A stretch of DNA of 64,000 nt, taken from a bacterium. GTDB lineage: Bacteria > UBA8248. Numbering within the stretch: the stretch's first letter is position 1; each line of letters opens with the position of its first letter. Below, piece after piece: positions 40,179-49,102 of this stretch. Where the stretch lies: positions 32,001-96,000 of the forward strand of contig CBDATS010000008.1 of the NCBI GenBank assembly GCA_965200245.1, written 5' to 3'. A program made the position numbers and the translations under genes. The notes under the pieces are model-generated. The model did not search any database, had not been told where the DNA came from, and saw nothing but the letters and a program-made list of their open reading frames with translations.

Positions 40179-40643
40179 CTAGTGGCAGATGATCCCGTTT
40201 TTTTCGGCATATTGCTGGTGGTAGTCCTCGCCCATCCAGAATCGTGACGCCGGCGTAATCTCGGTCACTATCGGTCCCCAATGACGCCCTGACTCCTCCT
40301 GTTCCTCTTTAGAGGCACGTGCTTCGCTTTCCTGTCCGGGAGAGAAGAAATAAATCGCCGAGCGGTACTGGGTACCCACGTCTGGTCCCTGGCGATTCAG
40401 CGTGCACGGGTCGTGAATACGCCAGAACAACTCTAGGAGTTGGCGATAAGAAACTTTCTCGGGTTCGAATTCCAGGTAGACGACTTCTGCATGTCCCGTG
40501 CGTCCCGTGCATACTTCTCGATAGGTGGGCTCGTCCTTCGTACCGCCCGAATACCCCACTGCAGTGTACGCCACGCCTCCTTCTTTGCGGAATGCCGCCT
40601 CCACACCCCAAAAACAACCTGCGCCGAACATGGCCTTTTCCAT
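40179..40643 (-). CDS. msrA: Peptide methionine sulfoxide reductase
   Basis: GAGCFWGVE, VC.G.TGHAE, HDP..LNRQG.D.GTQYRS, EDYHQQY. Confidence 0.97.
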   Translation of the reverse strand: MEKAMFGAGCFWGVEAAFRKEGGVAYTAVGYSGGTKDEPTYREVCTGRTGHAEVVYLEFEPEKVSYRQLLELFWRIHDPCTLNRQGPDVGTQYRSAIYFFSPGQESEARASKEEQEESGRHWGPIVTEITPASRFWMGEDYHQQYAEKNGIICH

Positions 40644-40673
40644 AGACTGTGCTCCTCATTGAAAAGAGAAGGA

Positions 40674-41771
40674 TTAAGGCTCTGCCACTACGCTACCGGC
40701 CGGTCCTTCCACGACCTCACCGAATACGGCGGCGGGAACCACGCCCGCCCGGTGCAGTTCGTCCAATAGCGACCCTGCCTTTTCTGCATCCACCGCGATG
40801 ATGAGCCCGCCGGAAGTTTGCGCATCGTTGAGCAAGGCGAGCATCTCCTCATCAACTCCCGGTTTCGTTTCGACGAACGGTTTCGTCCACGAGCGGTTGC
40901 GTTCACCCCCTCCCGCAGTGCCCGCAATGGTGTGGGGAAGCAAGTCCTCGAACCGGGGCACATCGGAGAACACGACGCGCGCCCGCGCGCCGCTGGCCTC
41001 CATCACGTTGTGTAAATGACCGAGAAGGCCGAATCCGGTGACGTCTGTACAGGCGTTCACACCCACACGCATCATGCACTCGCTCGCCTCTTTGTTGAGC
41101 GTCTTCATCGATTCCACAGCCTCTTCGAATACACCTTCGCGGAGTTTTCCGTTTCTGCCGAAAATGCCGCGCGCGGCCCGCACCACCGGATTTCCCTGCT
41201 TGGTGATGTTTGTAACGATGCCGGTACCGATTTTCTTCGTCAATACAAGTTTGTCACCTGGTTTCGCCCCTTGGTTCGTTACCATCTTTCTGGGGTCGAC
41301 AGTTCCCGTGACGGCGATGCCGTATTTGGGTTCGACGTCATCCACGCTATGACCGCCTACAATAACGCCACCTGCCTCGCGCATCTTGTCCGCGCCTCCA
41401 GCCAGGATTCTCCCCAGTACATCGAGACCGATGTGGCAGGGGAACCCCACCAGATTCAGCCCGGTAATCGGCTGTGCGCCCATTGTGAAACAATCGCTCA
41501 GTGCGTTGGCGGCGGCTATCTGGCCATAGGAATAGGGGTCGTCCACGATGGGCGTGAAGAAATCCACCGTCTGGACGATGGCCAAATCATCTTTAAGCCG
41601 ATACACGCCTGTATCGTCTCCGGCGTTCGTCCCGTAGAGAAGGTTCGGATCTGAAAACGGCTCGAACTGGCTCAATGCCTCTCGGAGGTCCTCCGGACCC
41701 AGCTTGGAGCCTCATCCGCCTGCCTTGACCATCCGGGTGAGTTGTACTTTTCTTTCAGATGCGGTCGCCAT
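40674..41771 (-). CDS. selD: Selenophosphate synthetase, selenocysteine-containing
   Basis: GGAGAA RBS, ATG 41771, MATASERKVQLTRMVKAGG-UGA-GSKLGP in frame with DD.GVY, TVDFFTPIVDDP, GGHS, TDVTGFGLLGH, QTSGGL; UGA at 41712-41714. Confidence 0.93.
41686..41714 (-). promoter_or_regulatory. Candidate bacterial SECIS element
   Basis: Minus strand UGA GGCUCCAAGCUG GGUCC-GGA-GGACC: stem-loop with G in the apical loop about 17 nt after UGA. Confidence 0.65.
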
Positions 41772-41903
41772 TCTTTCTCCTGAAAATCCAGAAGCGGCTT
41801 GGGAAAATTCCCATCAGCGGAGATAATAGTACATCTCTGAAAGATAGACAAAAAACACATCTTTTCCCTTGCACCATGTTCGCCATACCGAAAGGGCACC
41901 CGA

Positions 41904-42872
41904 ATGAAAGTAGTGATTTCAGATGATTACCAGGATTGTATCCGCTACCTCCATTGTTTCTCCAAAATGGCGGGACATGACATCACCATCTACAATGACA
42001 CGCTCGACGAAATAGATGCCCTTGCAGAGCGGTTCCGGAACGCAGAAGCTATCGTCCTCATAAGGGAACGTACCCACATTACAGAAGCGTTGCTCGCCAG
42101 ACTCCCCAATCTCAAAATCGTGAGCCAGACAGGAGCCGGGTTCGGTTCACACGTCGATCTGGAAGCCTGCACGCGCCACAAGGTGGCCGTGGCCGCGGGA
42201 GGCACCGGCACGCATTCCACTTGTGAACTCACTTGGGGACTCATCCACTGCGCGATGCGCTCTATTCCCCAAGAAATAACAAGCCTGGTGGAAGGCGGCT
42301 GGCAGGCAACACTGGGCGAGGACCTATTCGGCAAAACGCTTGGCGTGTATTCCTACGGCAACATCGGGGTCCAGGTGGCTGCCGTGGGACAGGCATTCGG
42401 CATGAACGTCATCACATACGGCAGAGAGGGTTCCGCCGAGCGTGCAAAGGCGGACGGCGTACCGATGGCTGACAGCAAAGAAGCGCTCTTCGCGGAGGCC
42501 GACATAGTAAGTCTCCATATTCGCTTGATTCCCCAGACGAGGGGTATCGTGACAGCGAGGGATTTGCACCTCATGAAGCCGAGCGCCCTTTTGGTGAACA
42601 CCAGTCGCGCCGGACTGATAGAAGAAGGTGCTCTCGAGGCTGCGCTCAAGGCGGGAAGGCCCGGTTTCGCTGCCGTGGACGTGTATGAAAAAGAACCGGT
42701 TCGCGGAGCGGAACACCCACTCCTGAGCATGGAGAACGTGGTTTGTACGCCCCATCTGGGCTATGTCACGCGTGGCACGTTCGAGAGGTATTTCGGAATC
42801 GCTTTCGATCAAGTCAATGCCTTCGCCGATGGAAATCCGATCAACATCCACAACCCCGAAGTGCTGGATTGA
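41904..42872 (+). CDS. D-2-hydroxyacid dehydrogenase family protein
   Basis: DDYQ, IRERT, YGNIG, LVNTSRAG, DVYE.EP, TPHLGYV. Confidence 0.92.
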   Translation: MKVVISDDYQDCIRYLHCFSKMAGHDITIYNDTLDEIDALAERFRNAEAIVLIRERTHITEALLARLPNLKIVSQTGAGFGSHVDLEACTRHKVAVAAGGTGTHSTCELTWGLIHCAMRSIPQEITSLVEGGWQATLGEDLFGKTLGVYSYGNIGVQVAAVGQAFGMNVITYGREGSAERAKADGVPMADSKEALFAEADIVSLHIRLIPQTRGIVTARDLHLMKPSALLVNTSRAGLIEEGALEAALKAGRPGFAAVDVYEKEPVRGAEHPLLSMENVVCTPHLGYVTRGTFERYFGIAFDQVNAFADGNPINIHNPEVLD

Positions 42873-42973
42873 GGGTGACTTCGCCTCGGTCCCGCAGGCG
42901 GCTTGATTTTTCACGCAAGCCGGTGTTGAATCGCCTCCCAATGCCGTGAAATTACTTCCAGAGGGCAACCAGC

Positions 42974-44116
42974 TTGGATTTTTCTTTCAATGAACGCCAG
43001 GAACTCATGCGCCGCACGTTGCATGAGCTTTTGGAGCGGGTATGTCCCCCAGAATACGCGATGGAGTGTGACAAAAGGGGCGAAGCTCCCGTCGAGGCGT
43101 ACAAGGCTTTGGCTGAAGACGGCTGGATTGGTGTGTCCACGCCCGAAGAATATGGCGGCATGGGAGGCGACGCGCTCGATCTGGCCCTTGTCCTTGAAAC
43201 CACCGGAATGCATTACCTTGACCTTGCCACCATGATATTCAGAAACGTCTGCTACGGAGTGGACGCTCTCCTCGAAAGCGGAACGGACGCGCAGAAAAAA
43301 GACTTCATCCCTGCCACCATACTGGGGAAGAAATATTTTGCGTTCAGTCTCACAGAGCCTGACGCTGGTTCGGATGCGGCGGCCATCATAGCCCGTGCTA
43401 ATCGGGAAGAAAACCGATTCCGCATCACAGGCACCAAAAATTTTACTTCCGGCATGCCTACGGCTACGCATATTCTCGTTGCCGTGCGCACGGACAACTC
43501 CGGAGCCAAGCACGAGGGCATCACAAATTTCATCATCCCTGCCGACACCGAGGGTGTCACCTGGTCGAAACTCGATTTGCTCGGACACCGGGCAATGGGT
43601 ACTTGTGTGGTGCACTACGACGCCGTGGATGCGAGCGAGGCCGATGTTTTGGGAGAAGTGGGGGACGGCTGGAAGGGCTTGATGGCCTATATTACCACCG
43701 AGCGCCTGTGTCTTTCCGCAGCGCGTACGGGTGCGGCGGCGGCGGCCCTTGAATTGGCTCTCAATCATGCGAAAGAGAGAAAACAGTTCGGTCGCCCCAT
43801 CGGAAAATTCCAGGCAGTGAGCCATATGCTCACCGAAATGCACATGCTCGTCGATACAGCGCGGTTGCAAGTCTACCGGTTCGCGTGGCTGGTGTCTCAG
43901 GGAAAGGCGGGGCGAATCGAAGCAGCGACGCTCAAGCTCTACGCCGGAGAGGCTTATAAGCAGGTGGCCGACTTGGGCGTACAGGTGATGGGTGGGTACG
44001 GCTACAGCGGAGAATATGCCATGGAGCGTCATTACCGGGACGCGCGTCTCGCCACCATCGGCGCGGGTACGAGCGAAGTGCAAAGAAACATCATCGCCAA
44101 GGCACTGGGGCTTTGA
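42974..44116 (+). CDS. Acyl-CoA dehydrogenase
   Basis: PEEYGGMG, FSLTEPDAGSD, G.K.F, RKQFGRPIGKFQAV, GGYGY, YRDAR...IGAGTSEVQR. Confidence 0.93.
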   Translation: MDFSFNERQELMRRTLHELLERVCPPEYAMECDKRGEAPVEAYKALAEDGWIGVSTPEEYGGMGGDALDLALVLETTGMHYLDLATMIFRNVCYGVDALLESGTDAQKKDFIPATILGKKYFAFSLTEPDAGSDAAAIIARANREENRFRITGTKNFTSGMPTATHILVAVRTDNSGAKHEGITNFIIPADTEGVTWSKLDLLGHRAMGTCVVHYDAVDASEADVLGEVGDGWKGLMAYITTERLCLSAARTGAAAAALELALNHAKERKQFGRPIGKFQAVSHMLTEMHMLVDTARLQVYRFAWLVSQGKAGRIEAATLKLYAGEAYKQVADLGVQVMGGYGYSGEYAMERHYRDARLATIGAGTSEVQRNIIAKALGL

Positions 44117-44202
44117 CCTCCACACGTTTGATGACTTCACCGAATGAGCCGGAGCTGACAGCTATTCGAATGATGCAGTGATTCTTATGAGGAAGCGAAT
44201 AC

Positions 44203-44670
44203 ATGCCTTTGGATAAAAGCGTACTGGACAGAACCTTTCCTGAATTTGAATTCCGGGTCGAACGCGGAAAAATCAGGGAATACGCCCTTGCACTGGGACT
44301 AACCGACCCGGTGCACACGGATGTGGAGGCCGCTAGGTCGGCAGGCTTTGAAGATCTGCTTGCTCCACCCACGTTCGTGCGCCAGTTCTGGCATGAAAAT
44401 CACGGGAACGACCCTATGCCACATCTGGGTTATGATCCCAAGCGCCGCCTCCACGGGGAGCAAGAATTCGAGTACCATAAACCCTTGGTTGCAGGCATGA
44501 ACCTGAAAGGCCGAAACGCCATTGTCTCCACGCGCGAGAAAGAAGGTCGCCGAGGAGGAATGATGACTTTCGTTGTTATCGAAACAAAGTTCGTGGACGA
44601 GACGGGCGATTTAGTTCAGGTGGCGAGGCGAACCCTCATCGAAACCGCGGCCCCTCCCAAAGAGGCCTGA
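44203..44670 (+). CDS. MaoC-like dehydratase, N-terminal-type (hotdog) subunit
   Basis: VERGKIREYA.A.G, APPTF, LHGEQEFEY. Confidence 0.88.
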   Translation: MPLDKSVLDRTFPEFEFRVERGKIREYALALGLTDPVHTDVEAARSAGFEDLLAPPTFVRQFWHENHGNDPMPHLGYDPKRRLHGEQEFEYHKPLVAGMNLKGRNAIVSTREKEGRRGGMMTFVVIETKFVDETGDLVQVARRTLIETAAPPKEA

Positions 44671-45113
44671 TGGAGCCCTACATGACAACGATCATTGAAT
44701 ACGCGAAATGGGAAGAACTCACCGAAGGTGCCGAGCACGAGTTGACGTCAGGTCCCATCACCCGGACCGACTTGGTCCGCTACGCTGGTGCCAGCGGAGA
44801 TTTCAACCCCAACCATCACGATGAGATTTACGCCATCCGGGCAGGATTTGACAAACCCTTCGCGCACGGGATGCTGCAAGGGGGATATCTCGCTCGCCTT
44901 CTCAGTGAATGGCTGGGACCAGATTCTCTCAAGAACCTGAAGCTCCGCTTCAGTGCCCAAGCGTGGCCTGGCGACATGGTGATTTGCAAAGCCAGGGTCG
45001 TGCGCCATTATGAAGAGGCAAGCGAGCGTCTGGTGGAAATCGAAGCGAGCGCAGAGAACCAGCGTGGTGACGTGCTCATCAAGGCGACGGCGACAGCCGC
45101 TCCCAAAAACTGA
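44670..45113 (+). CDS. MaoC (R)-enoyl-CoA hydratase catalytic subunit
   Basis: LVRYAGASGDFNP.HHDE..A...G....AHGM. Confidence 0.9.
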   Translation: MEPYMTTIIEYAKWEELTEGAEHELTSGPITRTDLVRYAGASGDFNPNHHDEIYAIRAGFDKPFAHGMLQGGYLARLLSEWLGPDSLKNLKLRFSAQAWPGDMVICKARVVRHYEEASERLVEIEASAENQRGDVLIKATATAAPKN

Positions 45114-45129
45114 CTTCAGGATTACTCGA

Positions 45130-46341
45130 ATGCTGGAAGGTTACCGGATTCTGGATCTCGGACAAGTCATCGCAGGAACCATCGGCGGCATGATCCTCGC
45201 AGATATGGGCGCCGAGGTGATCAAAGTAGAATCACCCCAGGGCGACATAGGACGCAATCCCGCCATCGCGGGCATCGGTGCTGTTTCAAGCATCTTTCTT
45301 ACCTTCAACCGGAACAAGAAGGGTATCGTTATTGATTTGAAGAAACCCGAAGGCAAGGGTGTGTTTCTCTCTCTGGTGGAAAAATCTGACGCCGTAATTG
45401 TGAACTTCCGGCCCGGTACGATGGATCGTCTCGGTCTCGGGTTCGACGTGATGAGACAGCGAAACTCCGATATCGTGTTCGTCGATTCGAGTGGATACGG
45501 AGAACAGGGCCCCTGGCGCGACAAGCCCGCCTTCGATCTGGTCGAGCAGGCCGTTAGTGGCCACATGTCCATTACAGGCGAGCCAAACCGTCCGCCTGCC
45601 AGAAATGGCTCACCCACGGCGGATATCTCCACCGCCCTCTATACGGCCATCGCCTGCATGGCGGGTTTGCTGGCCAAGGCGAAAGGGAAAAATGGGACAC
45701 ACCTGGAAGTGCCCATGTTCGACGTTCAACTTGCCATGCTCGGCTATATCTCGACCATGTATCTCAACAACGGCGATATCCCGGAACCGCCCGGCAACGC
45801 TCATGAGTACATGGTGCCCTATCAAGCGTTCCCGACGGCCACGATATATATCGTGCTCTCCCCGCGAGAGGAGCGTTTCTGGAAAAAAATGTGCGAGGTC
45901 ATGGGGATGGATGAACTGGCGGACGACCCGCGCTTTCGAACGAACGACCTGCGTTCAAAGAACAGGCACATCCTTCTCCCCATCATGGAAGAAATCCTGA
46001 TGACCCGATCAGGTGAGGAATGGCTTGAACTTTTCGAGGCGTCTGGAGTTCCTTCCGCGCCGGTGAACCCGCTCGACCGCGCACTCGATAACGAGCAAGT
46101 CAAGGCTAGGCGACTGATACGTAAATACGAATATCCCGAAGTAGGAACCGTTCGGATAGTGGGTAATCCCATACTCAACCGCACGGAAAACGGAAACCCG
46201 GACCCCAGGCCCGCTCCACTTCATGGAGGCGACACCGAGGCAATCCTCCGCGAAGTTCTCCTCATGTCGGATGGGCACATTCGCTCGCTCATCGAATCCG
46301 GGGCCGTTATGACCTCAGGTTCAGAGGTTCCCGGAAAATAA
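45130..46341 (+). CDS. Family III CoA-transferase (CaiB/BaiF)
   Basis: LDL..VIAG, ADMGAEVIKVE, NRNKK, NFRPG, GYG..GP..DKPAFD, D169-equivalent ADI. Confidence 0.92.
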   Translation: MLEGYRILDLGQVIAGTIGGMILADMGAEVIKVESPQGDIGRNPAIAGIGAVSSIFLTFNRNKKGIVIDLKKPEGKGVFLSLVEKSDAVIVNFRPGTMDRLGLGFDVMRQRNSDIVFVDSSGYGEQGPWRDKPAFDLVEQAVSGHMSITGEPNRPPARNGSPTADISTALYTAIACMAGLLAKAKGKNGTHLEVPMFDVQLAMLGYISTMYLNNGDIPEPPGNAHEYMVPYQAFPTATIYIVLSPREERFWKKMCEVMGMDELADDPRFRTNDLRSKNRHILLPIMEEILMTRSGEEWLELFEASGVPSAPVNPLDRALDNEQVKARRLIRKYEYPEVGTVRIVGNPILNRTENGNPDPRPAPLHGGDTEAILREVLLMSDGHIRSLIESGAVMTSGSEVPGK

Positions 46342-46570
46342 GCTCCTGTTTCTCAACGTCAATCTAATTCCAGCAACTCACCCGTTTTTCTACGAACACT
46401 GCTGGCTGGATTCTTGGTGCTGCGCCTGCCATCGTGTGTTCAAAGTGGCGCGAACCATCAGCGACCTCGATGGTGAAGGGGATATCGCTCTCCAGCGCGC
46501 GTCGGAAGCGGCTCATTACCGCCAACTGGACAGACAAATGCTCGTTTGATTTCTCATCCTGGTCTTGAGA

Positions 46571-46599
46571 TTGACGCGCATTCGCCTAGTTTGTATTTT
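46571..46599 (+). promoter_or_regulatory. Possible sigma70 promoter of the LLM monooxygenase pair
   Basis: TTGACG-17 bp-TATTTT. Confidence 0.35.
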
Positions 46600-46677
46600 C
46601 AGAATCTGGCGCAGAAAATACGCAAACATCCCTTTTGCGTTATATTGAGTACTCCCCTTACTTCGGAGGTTTCGCAT

Positions 46678-47793
46678 ATGGGAACGGAATACGCCTGGTT
46701 TCTCCCGTCGGCCAGGGCAGGAGACGGTCACAAGATCAATACCAGGGTGCCGGAGCGAAAACCCACCATCGAGTATCTCTCCCAGGTTGCGAGTGCCGCC
46801 GAGCGAGCCGGTTTCGTGAACCTTTTGCTTCCCACCGGTACCCATTGCATGGACGCTTGGCTCGTGGCCGCGGGCGTAGCCCAGCATACGGAGAAAATCA
46901 AGTTTTGCGTGGCGTTCCGCCCCGGGCTCACCAGCCCCGTATTCGCCGCCCAGACGGCGAGCACGCTCGACGCGCTCACCGGCGGTCGTCTTACGCTCAA
47001 CGTCGTCACCGGTTCAAGTCACGTGGAGCAGATGCGCTACGGTGACCACCTTGCGCACGATGAGCGCTACGACAGGACGGAGGAGTTCCTGGACATCGTT
47101 ACCCGCATCTGGAGCGCCGATGATCCCATAACCTACGAGGGTAGATATTACGACATACGCGAAGCCGCCTTTTTCCCGATCCACATCTCCAAACCTTGGC
47201 CGCCCATCTACCTAGGTGGGAGTTCAGAGCCCGGCCGCCGTGTGGGGGCGAAATTTTCGGACGTACATATGATGTACGCCGTGGATGTGGAGACCATTGC
47301 CAAAGATGTACTTGACATGAAGCGCCGCGCCGCGGAGTTTGGGCGCGAGGACAAGATACAATTCGGAGTCAGGATGCACATCCTCTGCAGAGAATCCAGG
47401 GCGGAGGCGAAGCGAGCGGCGGAGGCGCTAATCGAGGGAAGTGACATATCGAACGTGCAGGCCTGGGCCGACATGAAAACCAGAACGGAAAGCACGGGCC
47501 AGACGCGTGTCAACGAACTGGCGAAGGGTGAGTCACTTTGGATTACCGACACCTTATGGATGGGCGTGAACACCGTCCGCGCGGGCGCGGGTGCCTCGCT
47601 GGTGGGTACACCCGACATGATCGCAAAAGCGCTCAAGGAGTATGTAGACGCGGGGGTTCACACGTTTATCCTGTCCGGCTGGCCCCATGTCGAAGAAGTG
47701 GAGATATTTGGCCGCGAGATCATGCCGCTGCTCGCGGCGACTGATCCCATCAACGTGGATGAGCCGTTGCCCGCGCTTGCCGAATACGACTGA
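46678..47793 (+). CDS. LLM flavin-dependent monooxygenase (SsuD/MsuD-like)
   Basis: WFLP..GDG, YL.QVA.AAE..GF...LLPTG..C.DAW, A.RPG..SP, LNVVTG, YLGGSS, LVGTP, FILSG.PH. Confidence 0.88.
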   Translation: MGTEYAWFLPSARAGDGHKINTRVPERKPTIEYLSQVASAAERAGFVNLLLPTGTHCMDAWLVAAGVAQHTEKIKFCVAFRPGLTSPVFAAQTASTLDALTGGRLTLNVVTGSSHVEQMRYGDHLAHDERYDRTEEFLDIVTRIWSADDPITYEGRYYDIREAAFFPIHISKPWPPIYLGGSSEPGRRVGAKFSDVHMMYAVDVETIAKDVLDMKRRAAEFGREDKIQFGVRMHILCRESRAEAKRAAEALIEGSDISNVQAWADMKTRTESTGQTRVNELAKGESLWITDTLWMGVNTVRAGAGASLVGTPDMIAKALKEYVDAGVHTFILSGWPHVEEVEIFGREIMPLLAATDPINVDEPLPALAEYD

Positions 47794-47836
47794 TGAAATA
47801 AAATACTGCCAAAGCAACATGAAGAGGAAACTTTTG

Positions 47837-49015
47837 ATGAGCAATTCCGCTGGTGTACTCTATACTGATTCAAAAAAATGGGTCGATCTCGCAGAATCGC
47901 TGGCCAATGAGAAATTCGAGCCACGGGCCAAGACGATTGACGAGGAATCACGCTTCCCGGCCGAGAACTATCGGGATCTGGCCGACGCAGGTCTTCTCTC
48001 CCTCATGGTGCCCAAGGAATTCGGTGGCATTGGAGCGGATTCGCTCACTTACGTCACAGTGCTTTCGAAGATCGCGAAAGGCTGCGCATCCACGGGTTTA
48101 ACCTTCAACATGCACAGTGCCGTTGTGGATTTTCTGGGACAAATCGCCTCAAAAGAACAGATGGAGCGCTATTTCTCGGAAGTGGTGAACGAAGGAGCCA
48201 TCTTCGCCTCCATCACGAGCGAGCCGGGCAGTTCCTTTCGCGACAAGCTGGCGGTACGCACTTCCATCCGCGAGGACAACGGCCTCTACCGCCTGCAGGG
48301 CAAGAAACACTTTTGCTCCCTATCCACCGGGGCGACATATTACTTCACCTGGAGCTACCTGGACGGCGCGGAGACACTCCAGGATGGCCTTTTGAACGTG
48401 ATGATACCCTCGTCGAGAGAAAACATAGAAATCCTTGACGATTGGCACACCATCGGCATGCGGGGAACAGCGTCGAACTCGCTGATGTTTCACGACGTTG
48501 CCGTGAGGCCGAATGAAATCATCGGGGAGCCGGGCAGTATTCTGGGCAAGGATATGAGCATGTGGTCTCTGGGTTACACTGCCGTCTACATCGGCATCGC
48601 GGAAGCGGCCTATCAATTCACTGTGGATTACGTCAACAAGACGAAATCTGGACTCGGGGTTCCTCTCGGGGAACTCGACCGGACACAACGCCAGATCGGC
48701 GAAATGGCCATGCTACTGGAAAATGCGCGCCGGGCTGCCGAGAAACTGGGCGCGCTCAGGGGGAACCTCGGCAAAATGGAGTTGACCTTCATCCTGAACC
48801 AGGCGAAGTACTTGGCTACCGAGGCTGCCAAGGAACTCGCTGAGCAGGGAATCCGTCTGTGTGGCGGACGCGGGCTTCACCGCTCCTTGCCGCTTGAACG
48901 TCATTTGAGAGACGCGGTGGCCGGTATCGTTATGCCGCCTGCCAACGACCGCTGTCTCGAAACCATCGGGCAAATCGCGCTGGGCCGCGAAGCGAAAACG
49001 CTCGACTTTCAGTAA
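47837..49015 (+). CDS. Acyl-CoA dehydrogenase-fold protein (DszC/SfnB/YdbM-like)
   Basis: FP.EN...L..AG, VPKEFGG.G, STGL..NMH, G.KHFCS.S, W..IGMRGT.S, LERHLRDA; lacks RxQFG. Confidence 0.82.
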   Translation: MSNSAGVLYTDSKKWVDLAESLANEKFEPRAKTIDEESRFPAENYRDLADAGLLSLMVPKEFGGIGADSLTYVTVLSKIAKGCASTGLTFNMHSAVVDFLGQIASKEQMERYFSEVVNEGAIFASITSEPGSSFRDKLAVRTSIREDNGLYRLQGKKHFCSLSTGATYYFTWSYLDGAETLQDGLLNVMIPSSRENIEILDDWHTIGMRGTASNSLMFHDVAVRPNEIIGEPGSILGKDMSMWSLGYTAVYIGIAEAAYQFTVDYVNKTKSGLGVPLGELDRTQRQIGEMAMLLENARRAAEKLGALRGNLGKMELTFILNQAKYLATEAAKELAEQGIRLCGGRGLHRSLPLERHLRDAVAGIVMPPANDRCLETIGQIALGREAKTLDFQ

Positions 49016-49102
49016 TACTCTGTCAGAAAGACTTCATCCGGTCCGATAATCTGGGCCAGCAAATATCTCTGGCCATGGACATAGGCGCGAGTGGATTACA
49101 AC

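Noticed and set aside
46342-46560. Possible gene fragment on the minus strand (MSRFRRALESDIPFTIEV)
   Set aside because: Too short to assign and no supporting motif
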